Source: a virus
Direction: 5' to 3' (one strand)
Virus record (IMG/VR): IMGVR_UViG_3300027741_000020
Length of the DNA stretch: 64,000 nucleotides
Shown: positions 1 through 10,179 of the stretch, piece after piece
Numbering within the stretch: position 1 is the first letter of the stretch
How the letters are laid out: every line of letters starts with the position of its first letter
The notes under the pieces: generated by a model
Databases searched by the model: none
The model's input: only the letters and a program-made list of their open reading frames with translations
Told to the model about the DNA's origin: nothing
Position numbers and translations under genes: made by a program

Positions 1-1407
1 ACTTCTCTATATCCATCAATCATTATGACTTTGAATATTTCACCGGAAACAAAAGTAGGTAAGATTACAAATTGGAATCCAGAAGAATGGATAAAGGGAG
101 AAGATAGGAACTATACGGTAGCAAATGAAACCGAACAATATGAATACTCTCGTCAGGAACTTGCTGATGTAATTAAAGATAGTAATTTGGGAGTAGCAGC
201 AAATGGAGTTCTATATAATCAGGATAAACCCGGTCTAATTGCCGATATTCTTAATGATTGGTTTGATAAACGTGTTGAGTTTAGAAAACTTGAGAAAAAA
301 TATGGTGAAGCCGGTGACACCGAAAAATATGAATTTTATGCAAAAAGACAATTGGTTCAAAAAATTCTTCTTAATTCTATGTATGGTGTTCTTGGTCTTC
401 CTGCCTTTCGGTTTTATGATATTGATAATGCTGAAGCCGTTACGATTACAGGTCAAACGGTTATTAAAAAAACCGCCGAAATGGCTAACATAAAGTATTG
501 GAAAGAACTTGGAACAAAAGATGATTACAATGTGTACATTGATACGGATTCAATTTATATGATGGCCGAACCATTGGTTAAACATAGGTTTCCTGATTAT
601 AAAACATTTGACCAAGACCGAATGGCAACCGAAGTTAATACAATCGCCGAAGAAACTCAATCATTCTTAAATAAGTTTTACGATATATTGGCCGAAAGGT
701 TTTTCTTTATACCGAAGGATAAGCATCGTTTTGAGATTAAAAAGGAGTATATAAGTAAAGCAGGATTTTGGGTGGCAAAAAAACGATATGCACAATGGAT
801 GATTTTGAAAAACGGAATCAAATGTGATAAGCTTGATGTGAAAGGACTCGATGTAGTTCGTAGTTCGTTTCCAAAAGCATTTCAAACATTTATGGCAGGC
901 ATACTAAAAGATATTCTAATGGGTAAATCGCATGAAGAAATCGATGAGAGCTTAATTCAGTTCAAAAAAAATATGCCAAACTTACCTGTAAATAAAATAG
1001 CAAAAGCTGGAGCAATTAAGGAATTAAGTAAGTATGATGATGGTAGTTGGAAGGTTGGACAAGCGGTTGGTGTATTTGAGAAAGGAACGCCTGCGCACGT
1101 TAAAGCCGGTATAGCATACAATCGTTTATTAAAATTCTTTAATTGTGCATATAAGCACGAACCAATTAGAGATGGTGATAAAGTAAAATGGGTATATCTT
1201 AAAAACAATCCATTAGGACTTGAAACTATGGCATTTAAAGATTATAATGACCCAACTGAAATATTGGAGTTCGTTGAAAACTATGTGGATAGGGGCGCAA
1301 TGTTTAAAGCAGAGCTAGAAAACAAAATTGATGACTTCTATACGGCATTAAAATGGGAAAAAGCAACAAATGAAGCAAAAACAGCTAAAAAATTCTTTGC
1401 ATTTTAA
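1..1407 (+). CDS. Family B DNA polymerase, C-terminal part (5' end outside window)
   Basis: Frame is open from nt 1 (TSLYPSII, motif A); KILLNSMYG (motif B); YIDTDS (motif C). Confidence 0.97.
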   Translation, partial: TSLYPSIIMTLNISPETKVGKITNWNPEEWIKGEDRNYTVANETEQYEYSRQELADVIKDSNLGVAANGVLYNQDKPGLIADILNDWFDKRVEFRKLEKKYGEAGDTEKYEFYAKRQLVQKILLNSMYGVLGLPAFRFYDIDNAEAVTITGQTVIKKTAEMANIKYWKELGTKDDYNVYIDTDSIYMMAEPLVKHRFPDYKTFDQDRMATEVNTIAEETQSFLNKFYDILAERFFFIPKDKHRFEIKKEYISKAGFWVAKKRYAQWMILKNGIKCDKLDVKGLDVVRSSFPKAFQTFMAGILKDILMGKSHEEIDESLIQFKKNMPNLPVNKIAKAGAIKELSKYDDGSWKVGQAVGVFEKGTPAHVKAGIAYNRLLKFFNCAYKHEPIRDGDKVKWVYLKNNPLGLETMAFKDYNDPTEILEFVENYVDRGAMFKAELENKIDDFYTALKWEKATNEAKTAKKFFAF

Positions 1408-1426
1408 AATATTTTTCGTATATTTA
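1396..1426 (+). promoter_or_regulatory. Bacteroidota sigma70-type promoter upstream of sliding clamp
   Basis: TTTG (1396-99), 19-nt spacer, TATATTTA (1419-26). Confidence 0.55.
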
Positions 1427-1455
1427 CATTAACAATAAAATTTAAAACAACAAAT

Positions 1456-2169
1456 ATGAACAAACAAAATCTATTAAGATTTATTCAAAAGTATTCATTG
1501 GGAGGACTCATTGAATCGGTAGCGTGGAACGCTGAAGGTAACAAATTATCAGTAAGATTTATTTCTGATGATAAAACTCTATTAGGTGAAGTTGAGTTTA
1601 ATGCATTCACATCTAATACAATGAATGTTGGTATCTATACTACATCATTATTGAAAAATATGATTGGTATTTTGGATAGTGATATTACATTGAAAGTTGA
1701 TAAGGCTGGTGAGAAATCGGTATCTTTGAAATTATCATCAGATGAAACTGAAACATCATATCAATTGGCAGACTTAGGAGTTATTCCTCCAGTTCCGGAT
1801 TTAAAAGCAATGCCTGAATTTGGTATTAGTATTGAAATGGCTTCTACAATGATTGATAAATTCATTAAAGCAAAAGGAGCATTGAGTGATATTGATACAT
1901 TTACTGTATTTACCGAAGGTGGTGATTTGAAAATGGCAATCGGTTATTCTTCAATATCAACAAATAGAGTAACATTTAGTTGCCAGAAAGGATTTGAAGG
2001 CGATGTAAAACCAATTAGTTTTTCGGCAAAGTATTTAAAAGAAATCCTAACAGCAAACAAAGAAGCAACATCGGCAAAATTAAAAGTATCAACCGATGGT
2101 TTATCGCACGTTGAGTTTCAAATTGATGACTTCGTTTGTAAATATTATCTGGTTGAAATATCTAACTAA
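1456..2169 (+). CDS. DNA polymerase sliding clamp (gp45/PCNA-like)
   Basis: 237 aa, two-domain beta-rich pattern, FSAKYLKEIL-type motif; lies between PolB and clamp loader. Confidence 0.8.
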   Translation: MNKQNLLRFIQKYSLGGLIESVAWNAEGNKLSVRFISDDKTLLGEVEFNAFTSNTMNVGIYTTSLLKNMIGILDSDITLKVDKAGEKSVSLKLSSDETETSYQLADLGVIPPVPDLKAMPEFGISIEMASTMIDKFIKAKGALSDIDTFTVFTEGGDLKMAIGYSSISTNRVTFSCQKGFEGDVKPISFSAKYLKEILTANKEATSAKLKVSTDGLSHVEFQIDDFVCKYYLVEISN

Positions 2170-2182
2170 TAAAATATAAAAA

Positions 2183-2485
2183 ATGGCAGAACAATTAAGT
2201 TTATTTAACGAAGAGCAATTAAATAATTTGGAATATATTAAAGACGCGGAATGGTGTTTTCAATTTTTTGATAATGAACCTGTTGTTATTGGGTTTTCAC
2301 CAGATGAATCTTCCAGTGGTAATTTGGTTTTAGAATTAAAACCAACAACGCAAGAAATATTGACCTTTAAGCAAAATGGAATGCAATTTAGAATTTTTCC
2401 TAGAGAAATTAGTGAAGAAAGTAAACTATTAAGAAAACAACAAAAAGAAGAAAATGCAAGTGAAAATAAAGAAGCTGCACAATAA
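2183..2485 (+). CDS. Hypothetical protein
   Basis: 100-aa ORF in operon context. Confidence 0.7.
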   Translation: MAEQLSLFNEEQLNNLEYIKDAEWCFQFFDNEPVVIGFSPDESSSGNLVLELKPTTQEILTFKQNGMQFRIFPREISEESKLLRKQQKEENASENKEAAQ

Positions 2486-2879
2486 TGCAGTAATACCAAA
2501 ATACGCAAAGTCCGGAGATGCCGGACTTGATTTAGTAGCAACCGAAGTATTGGATGGATATGGGTTTAATGTAACATATGGTACAGGTTTAGCAGTAGAA
2601 ATTCCAGAGGGATATGTTGGGTTGATATTTCCTCGTTCATCGATTCGTAAATATGACATATCATTAACAAATTGCGTTGGTGTAATTGATAGTGGGTATC
2701 GTGGTGAAATTCAGGCTACATTTCGTAAAGAAGCAGGTGCACCATCTGTTCGATATGAAGTAGGTGATAAGATTGCACAGCTAATTATCATGCCATACCC
2801 ATATATAAATTTTATAGAAGTTGATGAATTATCGCAAACTGAAAGAGGAACAGGTGGATTTGGAAGTACGGGTTCCTAA
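2454..2879 (+). CDS. dut: dUTPase (trimeric)
   Basis: GDAGLDL, PRSS, GVIDSGYRGEI and RGTGGFGSTG motifs. Confidence 0.97.
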   Translation: MQVKIKKLHNNAVIPKYAKSGDAGLDLVATEVLDGYGFNVTYGTGLAVEIPEGYVGLIFPRSSIRKYDISLTNCVGVIDSGYRGEIQATFRKEAGAPSVRYEVGDKIAQLIIMPYPYINFIEVDELSQTERGTGGFGSTGS

Positions 2880-2940
2880 ATATTTTAATACCAAATGGTT
2901 GAAAAATACCGACCACATATATTTATTATAAAATACTATT

Positions 2941-3573
2941 ATGATAATATACAAGGTAACTAATAAAGTAAATGGTAAAATTTATATAGGCAAAACAAAG
3001 CAACCATTATCAAAAAGAAAAGCAGCGCATTATGAAAGAGTAAAGTATAATTCTGTAACTAACTTTCATAATGCTCTACGATTCTATCCAAAAGATAATT
3101 TTATATGGGAAATTGAAATAAAATGCAAGGATGATATTGAATTAAATCAGTATGAAATGTATTTTATTAAAAAATATAACACATATAAAGACGGGTATAA
3201 TATGACAGAAGGAGGCGATGGTGGGTTTACATATAAGGTTGGTGATGAAATTTACAATAGAGTAAAAGATAAATTAGGCAAGTGGAAAAATGGAAATCCA
3301 GGAGCAACAAAAAACGCTATTGAAAAAAGATTAAAAACTTTTGAAACTGTAAAATGGAAAGCAGGGGAGTTGCATGGAAATTATGGCCATTCTCATAACA
3401 AAGGAATTTTAATTGGTATTAAAAACCCAATGGCTAAACCTATATTAATTGATGGGATTGAATATGAAACAATTTCAAAAGCAAGTATAACATTATCAAT
3501 ACCGGAATCAACTATCCGATATAGATGTAAATCAAAAAGATATAACAATTATAAATATAAAAACGAAATATGA
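2941..3573 (+). CDS. Free-standing GIY-YIG homing endonuclease
   Basis: N-terminal IIYKVTNKVNGKIYIGKT; GYN(M)TEGG; C-terminal HTH/NUMOD-like segment. Confidence 0.88.
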   Translation: MIIYKVTNKVNGKIYIGKTKQPLSKRKAAHYERVKYNSVTNFHNALRFYPKDNFIWEIEIKCKDDIELNQYEMYFIKKYNTYKDGYNMTEGGDGGFTYKVGDEIYNRVKDKLGKWKNGNPGATKNAIEKRLKTFETVKWKAGELHGNYGHSHNKGILIGIKNPMAKPILIDGIEYETISKASITLSIPESTIRYRCKSKRYNNYKYKNEI

Positions 3574-4517
3574 GTTTTTTCGCAAATGAAAATAACAAAA
3601 AAGAGCATAGTTTATGGGTGGAACGCTACCGTCCTATGACTCTTTCCGAATATGTAGGAAATGAGATTGTAAAGGAAACGATACAACAATATTTGGACAC
3701 AAATGATATTCCACATCTTTTATTTTATGGTAAAGCCGGTACAGGCAAAACCACATTAGCAAAGTTGATAGTGAATACAATCAAATGTGACCATATGATA
3801 ATCAACGCATCCGATGAAAACAATGTAGATACGGTAAGAACGAAAGTAAAAAACTTCGCATCTTCGGTTGGTTTCGCAGGTTTCAAAGTGATTATCCTTG
3901 ATGAGTTTGATTATATGACTCCAAACGCACAGGCAATCCTTCGTAACTTAATGGAAACATTCAGTAAGCATTGCCGTTTCATTCTGACTTGTAACTACAT
4001 TGAGAAGATTATTGACCCTATACAAAGTCGTTGTCAATCATTCGCTATAACTCCACCAACTAAAAAGGATGTAGCAGTTCAGGTTACAAAGATACTTGAA
4101 GCTGAGAAGATTAAGTTTGACATTAAGAATGTAGCAGATATTATTAATTCATATTACCCAGATATTCGTAGGATATTAAACACTTGCCAACTACAATCGG
4201 CAAAGGGTGAGTTGAAAGTAGACCATAAAATAATGGTTGAATCGGACTTCAAATCAAAGTTAGTAGAACTCTTGAAATCCGGCGATGATAAGAGAAATCT
4301 ATTTCTTAAAATCAGACAATCAGTAGCAGATAATCGGCTTAATGATTATTCAGAAATGTATACAATGTTATATGAGAAGGTCGATGAATATGCGGCTGGT
4401 AATGTGGCAAACACAATACTTACTATTGCAGATGGTATTTCAAAAGATGCATTGGTAGTAGATAAAGAAATCGTATTTTGTTCAACTATAATCCAGATTT
4501 TGAATATCATAAAATAA
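3570..4517 (+). CDS. Clamp loader AAA+ subunit (gp44/RFC-like)
   Basis: LWVERYRP, Walker A GKAGTGKT, ILDEFD, SRC motif. Confidence 0.95.
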   Translation: MSFFANENNKKEHSLWVERYRPMTLSEYVGNEIVKETIQQYLDTNDIPHLLFYGKAGTGKTTLAKLIVNTIKCDHMIINASDENNVDTVRTKVKNFASSVGFAGFKVIILDEFDYMTPNAQAILRNLMETFSKHCRFILTCNYIEKIIDPIQSRCQSFAITPPTKKDVAVQVTKILEAEKIKFDIKNVADIINSYYPDIRRILNTCQLQSAKGELKVDHKIMVESDFKSKLVELLKSGDDKRNLFLKIRQSVADNRLNDYSEMYTMLYEKVDEYAAGNVANTILTIADGISKDALVVDKEIVFCSTIIQILNIIK

Positions 4518-4605
4518 AAATCTTAAAAGATTTTAAAGGACAACTTTGGTTGTTTGATAGATATTGGACTTTAACAATTAAACTTAAACAATAAAATAAA
4601 ACAAA

Positions 4606-4851
4606 ATGGACGGACAACAAATGGGCGGAGCGCCCTTAAACTTTTCCCTAAATGATGCGAGGGATATGAACTGTGAATGTGGTAATGGTATTTATATGGA
4701 TGGATATAGATTTAAAAAAATATCAAGACTGATAACAGGAGAAGCTAAAGATTCAGTATTACCAATTCAGTTGTACTTGTGTACACAATGTGGAAAGCCT
4801 TTACAAGAACTTTTACCTGAAGAATTAAAAGATAAACCAACTATACAATAA
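4606..4851 (+). CDS. Small Zn-ribbon-like hypothetical protein
   Basis: CECG and CTQCG cysteine pairs. Confidence 0.7.
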   Translation: MDGQQMGGAPLNFSLNDARDMNCECGNGIYMDGYRFKKISRLITGEAKDSVLPIQLYLCTQCGKPLQELLPEELKDKPTIQ

Positions 4852-4852
4852 T

Positions 4853-5305
4853 ATGGCAGCCAAAAAGTTATTTGACCACTTAAACGCTATTACATCGGAG
4901 CAAAACCCCGACTATTTTAAAACATTGACCGAAGAGGATGTTAAAAGTTGGAGTAACTTTATGATTAATCGTTTTCTTTCAATGAAGCCGGAGTGGGTAG
5001 AATTGATTGCCACATTACTACCACTATCACAAACTCTTGAACCCGAAGAAATGTATAAGTTATACATAAATGTTCTTCCGAAAGGTAAGCAGTATTTAAA
5101 ATATACAAAGGGAAAAGCAGAAGATAAATATGAAAAATTTTTATTAGATTTAATAGTAAAACATTATCAATGCTCCGAAAGACAGGCAACCGATTATATA
5201 GAAGTATTGTATGCTACCAGAGAAGGTAGAGAAAATATAAAATATATATGTGAATTGTATGGCACTGATAAGAAAGAAATAGGTAAATTAAAATTGAAAA
5301 TATAG
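4853..5305 (+). CDS. Clamp loader small subunit (gp62-like)
   Basis: LFDHLNAIT and NFMINRFLSM pattern typical of gp62-like proteins; next to the gp44-like gene. Confidence 0.7.
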   Translation: MAAKKLFDHLNAITSEQNPDYFKTLTEEDVKSWSNFMINRFLSMKPEWVELIATLLPLSQTLEPEEMYKLYINVLPKGKQYLKYTKGKAEDKYEKFLLDLIVKHYQCSERQATDYIEVLYATREGRENIKYICELYGTDKKEIGKLKLKI

Positions 5306-5336
5306 TTGGTAAATCCAACTATTTTTCGTATATTTA
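5305..5336 (+). promoter_or_regulatory. Bacteroidota-type promoter
   Basis: GTTG, 20-nt spacer, TATATTTA (5329-36). Confidence 0.55.
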
Positions 5337-5352
5337 CTTAAATAAAGAAGTT

Positions 5353-6225
5353 ATGGCTAGAGTATCATTTTCGCAATATAGTATGTGGAGTGGATGTCCA
5401 CAACAATACAAATTAGCATATATAGATAACCTAAAAACAGGTGGTGGGAGTATTCATACTCTATTTGGAACGGCAATGCATGAAACCATACAAGAATACC
5501 TTGATAAGTGTTTAAGGATATCAAAATCGCAAGCCGATAAGCTAATGGATTTAAAAGAAACTCTTAAATTAAAAATGAGAGAGTGTTACTTAAAAGAGGT
5601 TGAAGGCGAAATAGGCAACGAAGAAATATGTACCAAAGAAGAACTTGTTGAATTTTTGCAAGACGGAAATACCATATTAGAGTATTTTCAAAAATCAAAA
5701 AACTTCAACAAGTTCTTTTCTTTAAAGCATGATGAATTAGTTGCAATAGAGCAACCATTAAACGTAAAATTAGCAGATAATGTTAATTTTATAGGATTTA
5801 TAGATTTGGTTATACGAGATAACTTCAATGGTAGGTATCGTATTATAGATTTAAAAACATCTACAAAGGGATGGAGCAAATATCAAAAATCAGATCCAGT
5901 TAAGAATGCACAAATACTAATATATAAAAAGTTTTATGCAGAGCTCCTAAGTGTATCTCCTGATATTATTGATGTGGAGTTTATTATCCTTAAAAGAAAG
6001 GTAATGGATAACGCAGAATTTGTTATTCCGAGAATATCAAAGCATATTCCAGCAAACGGCAAACCATCTATAAATAAAGCATGGAATAACTTTAAAGAGT
6101 TCGTAGATACGGTATTTGATGTAGAAGGAAACTATAAAACCGATATAGAATATCCAAAAAAACCATCAAAACTTTGTATGTATTGTGAGTTCTTTGAGCG
6201 TGGATTGTGTGATGCAAAAAAATAA
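5353..6225 (+). CDS. PD-(D/E)xK nuclease (Cas4/RecB-like)
   Basis: GFIDLV...IIDLKTS catalytic motifs; N-terminal Cys and C-terminal CMYCEFF...C cluster. Confidence 0.88.
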   Translation: MARVSFSQYSMWSGCPQQYKLAYIDNLKTGGGSIHTLFGTAMHETIQEYLDKCLRISKSQADKLMDLKETLKLKMRECYLKEVEGEIGNEEICTKEELVEFLQDGNTILEYFQKSKNFNKFFSLKHDELVAIEQPLNVKLADNVNFIGFIDLVIRDNFNGRYRIIDLKTSTKGWSKYQKSDPVKNAQILIYKKFYAELLSVSPDIIDVEFIILKRKVMDNAEFVIPRISKHIPANGKPSINKAWNNFKEFVDTVFDVEGNYKTDIEYPKKPSKLCMYCEFFERGLCDAKK

Positions 6226-6253
6226 AATAAACAATAATTATATTAAACAAGTT

Positions 6254-7630
6254 ATGAAAAAAAAGAAAATTTTGTTACTTTCGGATGATTTAAGAATGGC
6301 AAGTGGTATTGCTAATGTTTCCAAACAATTGGTTTTGGGAACTGTAGATAAGTATGATTGGGTACAATTGGGAGCAGCAATCAATCATCCCGAAGAAGGA
6401 AAGATGTTGGACTTAAGCGAAGATATAAAACGTGCTACGGGAGTAACCGATGCATCAGTTAAAATAATACCGTTCAATGGATATGGCAATGCAGATGTTA
6501 TACGCCAATTAATTATGGTGGAGCAACCAGATGCAATCTTACACTTCACAGACCCACGTTATTGGATTTGGTTATATGATATTGAACATGAGATACGCCA
6601 ATCAGTACCTTTGTTTTTCTATCATATATGGGATGACCTTCCGGATCCAAAATATAATCGTGATTACTACGAAAGTTGTGATTGGATAGGTTGTATTTCA
6701 AAACAAACATATGGTATAACCAAACGTGTATACGGCTCAACTGCCGAACCACAATGGGACTCTGCAAAGGATTGGCAAGTTAGCTATGTACCACACGGTA
6801 TTAATTCGGAATTGTATAAGCCAGTAGATGTACCGGCTGATTTTAAGAAAAATATACTTGGTGGTAAAGAATACGATTTTGTATTATATTGGAATAATAG
6901 AAATATCCGTAGAAAGCAATCAACTGATATTATACTTGCATTTGAAGATTTTGTAAAAGAATTGCCAAAAGAAAAACGTGATAAGATTTGTTTATTAATG
7001 CATACAAAACCTGTAGATGAAAACGGAACGGATTTGTATACTGTAATAAAAGATTGCGCACCAAATTCAACCGTTATATTCGACCAAACTAATTATACAG
7101 AACTTGAGTTGAATTACCTATATAACATAGCAGATGTTACAATTAATGTGGCTTCAAATGAAGGATTTGGATTAGCAACGGCTGAAAGTATTATGGCAGG
7201 TACACCGATAATAGTAAATGTTACCGGCGGATTGCAAGACCAATGTGGATTTGAAATAGACGGTAAGTATCTTACAGCAGATGATTATATAACGATTGGT
7301 TCATTGCACAATAAAAAGAAATATGAAAAAATTAAACATGGCGAATGGGTAAAGCCAATTTTTCCAGTTCGTTCAACGGCAGGTTCAATTCTAACTCCAT
7401 ATATTTTTGATGATAGAGTTGATTACGCTGATATTACTCCTTTAATCAGAGAATGGTACGAAACTCCAAAAGAGGATAGAAAATCCGCAGGATTGGCAGG
7501 TAGAGATTGGTTATTAGGCGAAGGTGGATTGAGTACGCAAAATATGTGTAAAACATTAATAGACGGAATGGAAACGGCATTTGAAAATTGGCAACCAAGA
7601 AAAAAATATAAATTATACAAATTAGGATAA
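6254..7630 (+). CDS. Glycosyltransferase, GT-B fold (GT4-like)
   Basis: ASNEGFGLATAESIMAGTPII motif; ATG at 6254 preferred over the upstream alternative start. Confidence 0.9.
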   Translation: MKKKKILLLSDDLRMASGIANVSKQLVLGTVDKYDWVQLGAAINHPEEGKMLDLSEDIKRATGVTDASVKIIPFNGYGNADVIRQLIMVEQPDAILHFTDPRYWIWLYDIEHEIRQSVPLFFYHIWDDLPDPKYNRDYYESCDWIGCISKQTYGITKRVYGSTAEPQWDSAKDWQVSYVPHGINSELYKPVDVPADFKKNILGGKEYDFVLYWNNRNIRRKQSTDIILAFEDFVKELPKEKRDKICLLMHTKPVDENGTDLYTVIKDCAPNSTVIFDQTNYTELELNYLYNIADVTINVASNEGFGLATAESIMAGTPIIVNVTGGLQDQCGFEIDGKYLTADDYITIGSLHNKKKYEKIKHGEWVKPIFPVRSTAGSILTPYIFDDRVDYADITPLIREWYETPKEDRKSAGLAGRDWLLGEGGLSTQNMCKTLIDGMETAFENWQPRKKYKLYKLG

Positions 7631-7642
7631 ATAAAAAGTTAT

Positions 7643-8968
7643 ATGAATAAACCCACATTAGTATTTCAAGCACCAATAGCAACCCGTAGTGGATATGGTG
7701 ATCATGCAAGAGACCTTTTATACTCTCTTTATAAGTTAGATAAATTTGATATAAAAATAATTAGCACTCGTTGGGGGTCGACTCCGATGGATGCTTTGAA
7801 TTTTAATAATGAATTTCATAAATGGATTATTGCAAATGTAATAAATGAATTATCGCAAAAACCGGATATATACGTTCAAGTATCTGTACCAAATGAATTT
7901 CAAACAATTGGAAACTATAATATAGGGATAACCGCTGGAATAGAAACCACAATATGTGCAATTGATTGGATACATGGTTGTAATAGAATGGATTTAATAA
8001 TAGTACCATCGCAGCACGCAAAGGATACATTAGTAAATACAAATTACAATGAAGTTGATAGACAAACACAGCAGTTAATAGCCCATCATAAAATCAACAA
8101 ACCAGTTGAGGTTTTATTTGAAGGATTTGATGAAAACGAATTTGGAACTGATACTGTGAAGATTGTTGATTGCTTGAATGAAGTTGAAGAAGATTTTGGA
8201 TTTTTATTTGTAGGGCATTGGTTACGTGGTGATTTTGGAGAAGACCGTAAAAATGTTGGTATGATGATTAAAACATTTAGTATGGCTTTTAAAAATGAAA
8301 AAATAAAACCAGCATTGATATTAAAAACATCATCGGCAACATTTTCAGTAAGAGATAGAGAGCATATCATTAAGAGTATAAAAAGTGCTTTAGGTAAAGA
8401 TTTTGGTAGTGTTCCAGTTTATTTATTGCATGGCGATTTAAGTTCATCAGAAATGAATGGACTTTACGAACATCCGAAAGTAAAAGCAATGCTAAACTTT
8501 ACAAAAGGCGAAGGATTTGGTAGACCTTTATTAGAATTTAGTTTAACAGGTAAACCGATTATAGTTAGTGGTTGGAGTGGTCATTTGGATTTCTTAAAAG
8601 AAGGCGCCGTATTATTAGAAGGTGATTTAAAACCAGTGCATGACTCGGCTGCAGACCAGTTCTTATTAAAAGAATCACAATGGTATAATGTGAACATTTC
8701 TAAAGCATTACCAATTATACGTGATGTTTATAAAAATTATGATAAATACAAAGTAGCTTCGGCTAAATTGGCTAAACAAAATATACAAAATTTTAGTTTA
8801 GAAAAAATGACCATTCTATTTGATTCAATATTGAGTAAATATTCTATTTATAGTAAGGTACAACCAAAATTCCAACATATAAAACTACCTACCTTAAAAA
8901 AGGTTAATACAGGTCAGCCAGAAAAAAAATTGGAGTTACCAAAGATAAAAATGTTGAATAAACAATAA
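7643..8968 (+). CDS. Glycosyltransferase, GT-B fold (GT4-like)
   Basis: TRSGYG N-terminal motif; TKGEGFGRPLLEF. Confidence 0.88.
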   Translation: MNKPTLVFQAPIATRSGYGDHARDLLYSLYKLDKFDIKIISTRWGSTPMDALNFNNEFHKWIIANVINELSQKPDIYVQVSVPNEFQTIGNYNIGITAGIETTICAIDWIHGCNRMDLIIVPSQHAKDTLVNTNYNEVDRQTQQLIAHHKINKPVEVLFEGFDENEFGTDTVKIVDCLNEVEEDFGFLFVGHWLRGDFGEDRKNVGMMIKTFSMAFKNEKIKPALILKTSSATFSVRDREHIIKSIKSALGKDFGSVPVYLLHGDLSSSEMNGLYEHPKVKAMLNFTKGEGFGRPLLEFSLTGKPIIVSGWSGHLDFLKEGAVLLEGDLKPVHDSAADQFLLKESQWYNVNISKALPIIRDVYKNYDKYKVASAKLAKQNIQNFSLEKMTILFDSILSKYSIYSKVQPKFQHIKLPTLKKVNTGQPEKKLELPKIKMLNKQ

Positions 8969-9414
8969 TGAGTAATTTTAATCCGATATATCAAAAATTC
9001 ATCGATGATAAAAATGCCATTCAGCCTGAACAAATGCGGAATGGCAAATTTTATCTATTAAAGCAATATCAATATGCAAATGGTGAAAAAGGTAGATATG
9101 CGGATACCATAGCACCAATAATATTTACAATATACATTTCAAAGGCAAAAGATTTGGTACATGCTGTAAAAGTTTCAAATATAAACCCACAAACGATTAA
9201 AGGGCTTTTTGGTAAGTTAATAAATGAAAAAACAGAAACTATACAAATGAAAGGCGGAGCTAGAAAAGTATATGAGTCTGTAATTGGTAAAATTCCAAAG
9301 ATTACAAGAGAATCATACAGAACATATAATTTAAGCGGTATAAAGAAAGTTATATTATTGGATATGGATGTTACAAATTTAGTTCCTAAAAATAAACTAA
9401 GAAAAGATAAATAA
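8968..9414 (+). CDS. Hypothetical protein
   Basis: 148-aa ORF coupled to upstream stop. Confidence 0.75.
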   Translation: MSNFNPIYQKFIDDKNAIQPEQMRNGKFYLLKQYQYANGEKGRYADTIAPIIFTIYISKAKDLVHAVKVSNINPQTIKGLFGKLINEKTETIQMKGGARKVYESVIGKIPKITRESYRTYNLSGIKKVILLDMDVTNLVPKNKLRKDK

Positions 9415-9417
9415 ACT

Positions 9418-9534
9418 ATGACACCGAATGAATTTGTTATATGGTTACGAGGATTTGTACAAGGAGTACATCACTATAACGTAACACCTGCTCAATGGGA
9501 TTATCTAAAAGAAATACTTGAGCAAGTAAAATAA
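9418..9534 (+). CDS. Small protein (38 aa), paralog of 45095..45310
   Basis: Manual translation MTPNEFVIWLRGFVQG...; same MTxxxFxxWLRG start as ORF 45095. Confidence 0.65.
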   Translation: MTPNEFVIWLRGFVQGVHHYNVTPAQWDYLKEILEQVK

Positions 9535-9552
9535 GACACGCAAACTAAAGTT

Positions 9553-10179
9553 ATGAAATTAAGCTACGCAGTTACAGTATGTAATGAGTTTGAAGAAACT
9601 ATAAATCTTATTACTAATCTATTAAATTATAAATCTGAAAATTCAGAAGTAGTTGTATTATTAGATACACCAAAAGCATCACAAGAACTTATTGATTATT
9701 TAGAAGTTTTAGCAAGTGCAAACAAAATAGAATTGATTGAATCCGAATTTACAGGAGATTTTGCAAAATGGAAAAACTTTTTAAATTCACAATGTAAGGG
9801 TGAGTGGATTTTCCAATTAGATGCCGATGAATCTCTTAATAGGGATCTTATTGTTAATTTGGAAGATATACTTACGGATAATTCCGATAAAGAATTGGTA
9901 GTAGTACCACGTATAAACATTGTAAATGGTATTACGCCAGAGCATATTGAGAAATGGGGTTGGCAACAAAATGAGAGAGGTTGGATAAACTTTCCCGATG
10001 TACAAACCAGAATATATAAAAATATTCCTGAAAAAATTGGATGGACTGGAAAGGTTCACGAACGAATAGTTGGATTTGAATCATATACAACGTTTCCAGG
10101 TGAAGAAATATTTTGTATAAGACATGTTAAAGATATCCAAAGACAAGAACGACAAAACAATTATTATAATACATTATGA
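9553..10179 (+). CDS. Glycosyltransferase family 2
   Basis: SYAVTVCNE start; WIFQLDADE DxD motif; VHE motif. Confidence 0.88.
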   Translation: MKLSYAVTVCNEFEETINLITNLLNYKSENSEVVVLLDTPKASQELIDYLEVLASANKIELIESEFTGDFAKWKNFLNSQCKGEWIFQLDADESLNRDLIVNLEDILTDNSDKELVVVPRINIVNGITPEHIEKWGWQQNERGWINFPDVQTRIYKNIPEKIGWTGKVHERIVGFESYTTFPGEEIFCIRHVKDIQRQERQNNYYNTL

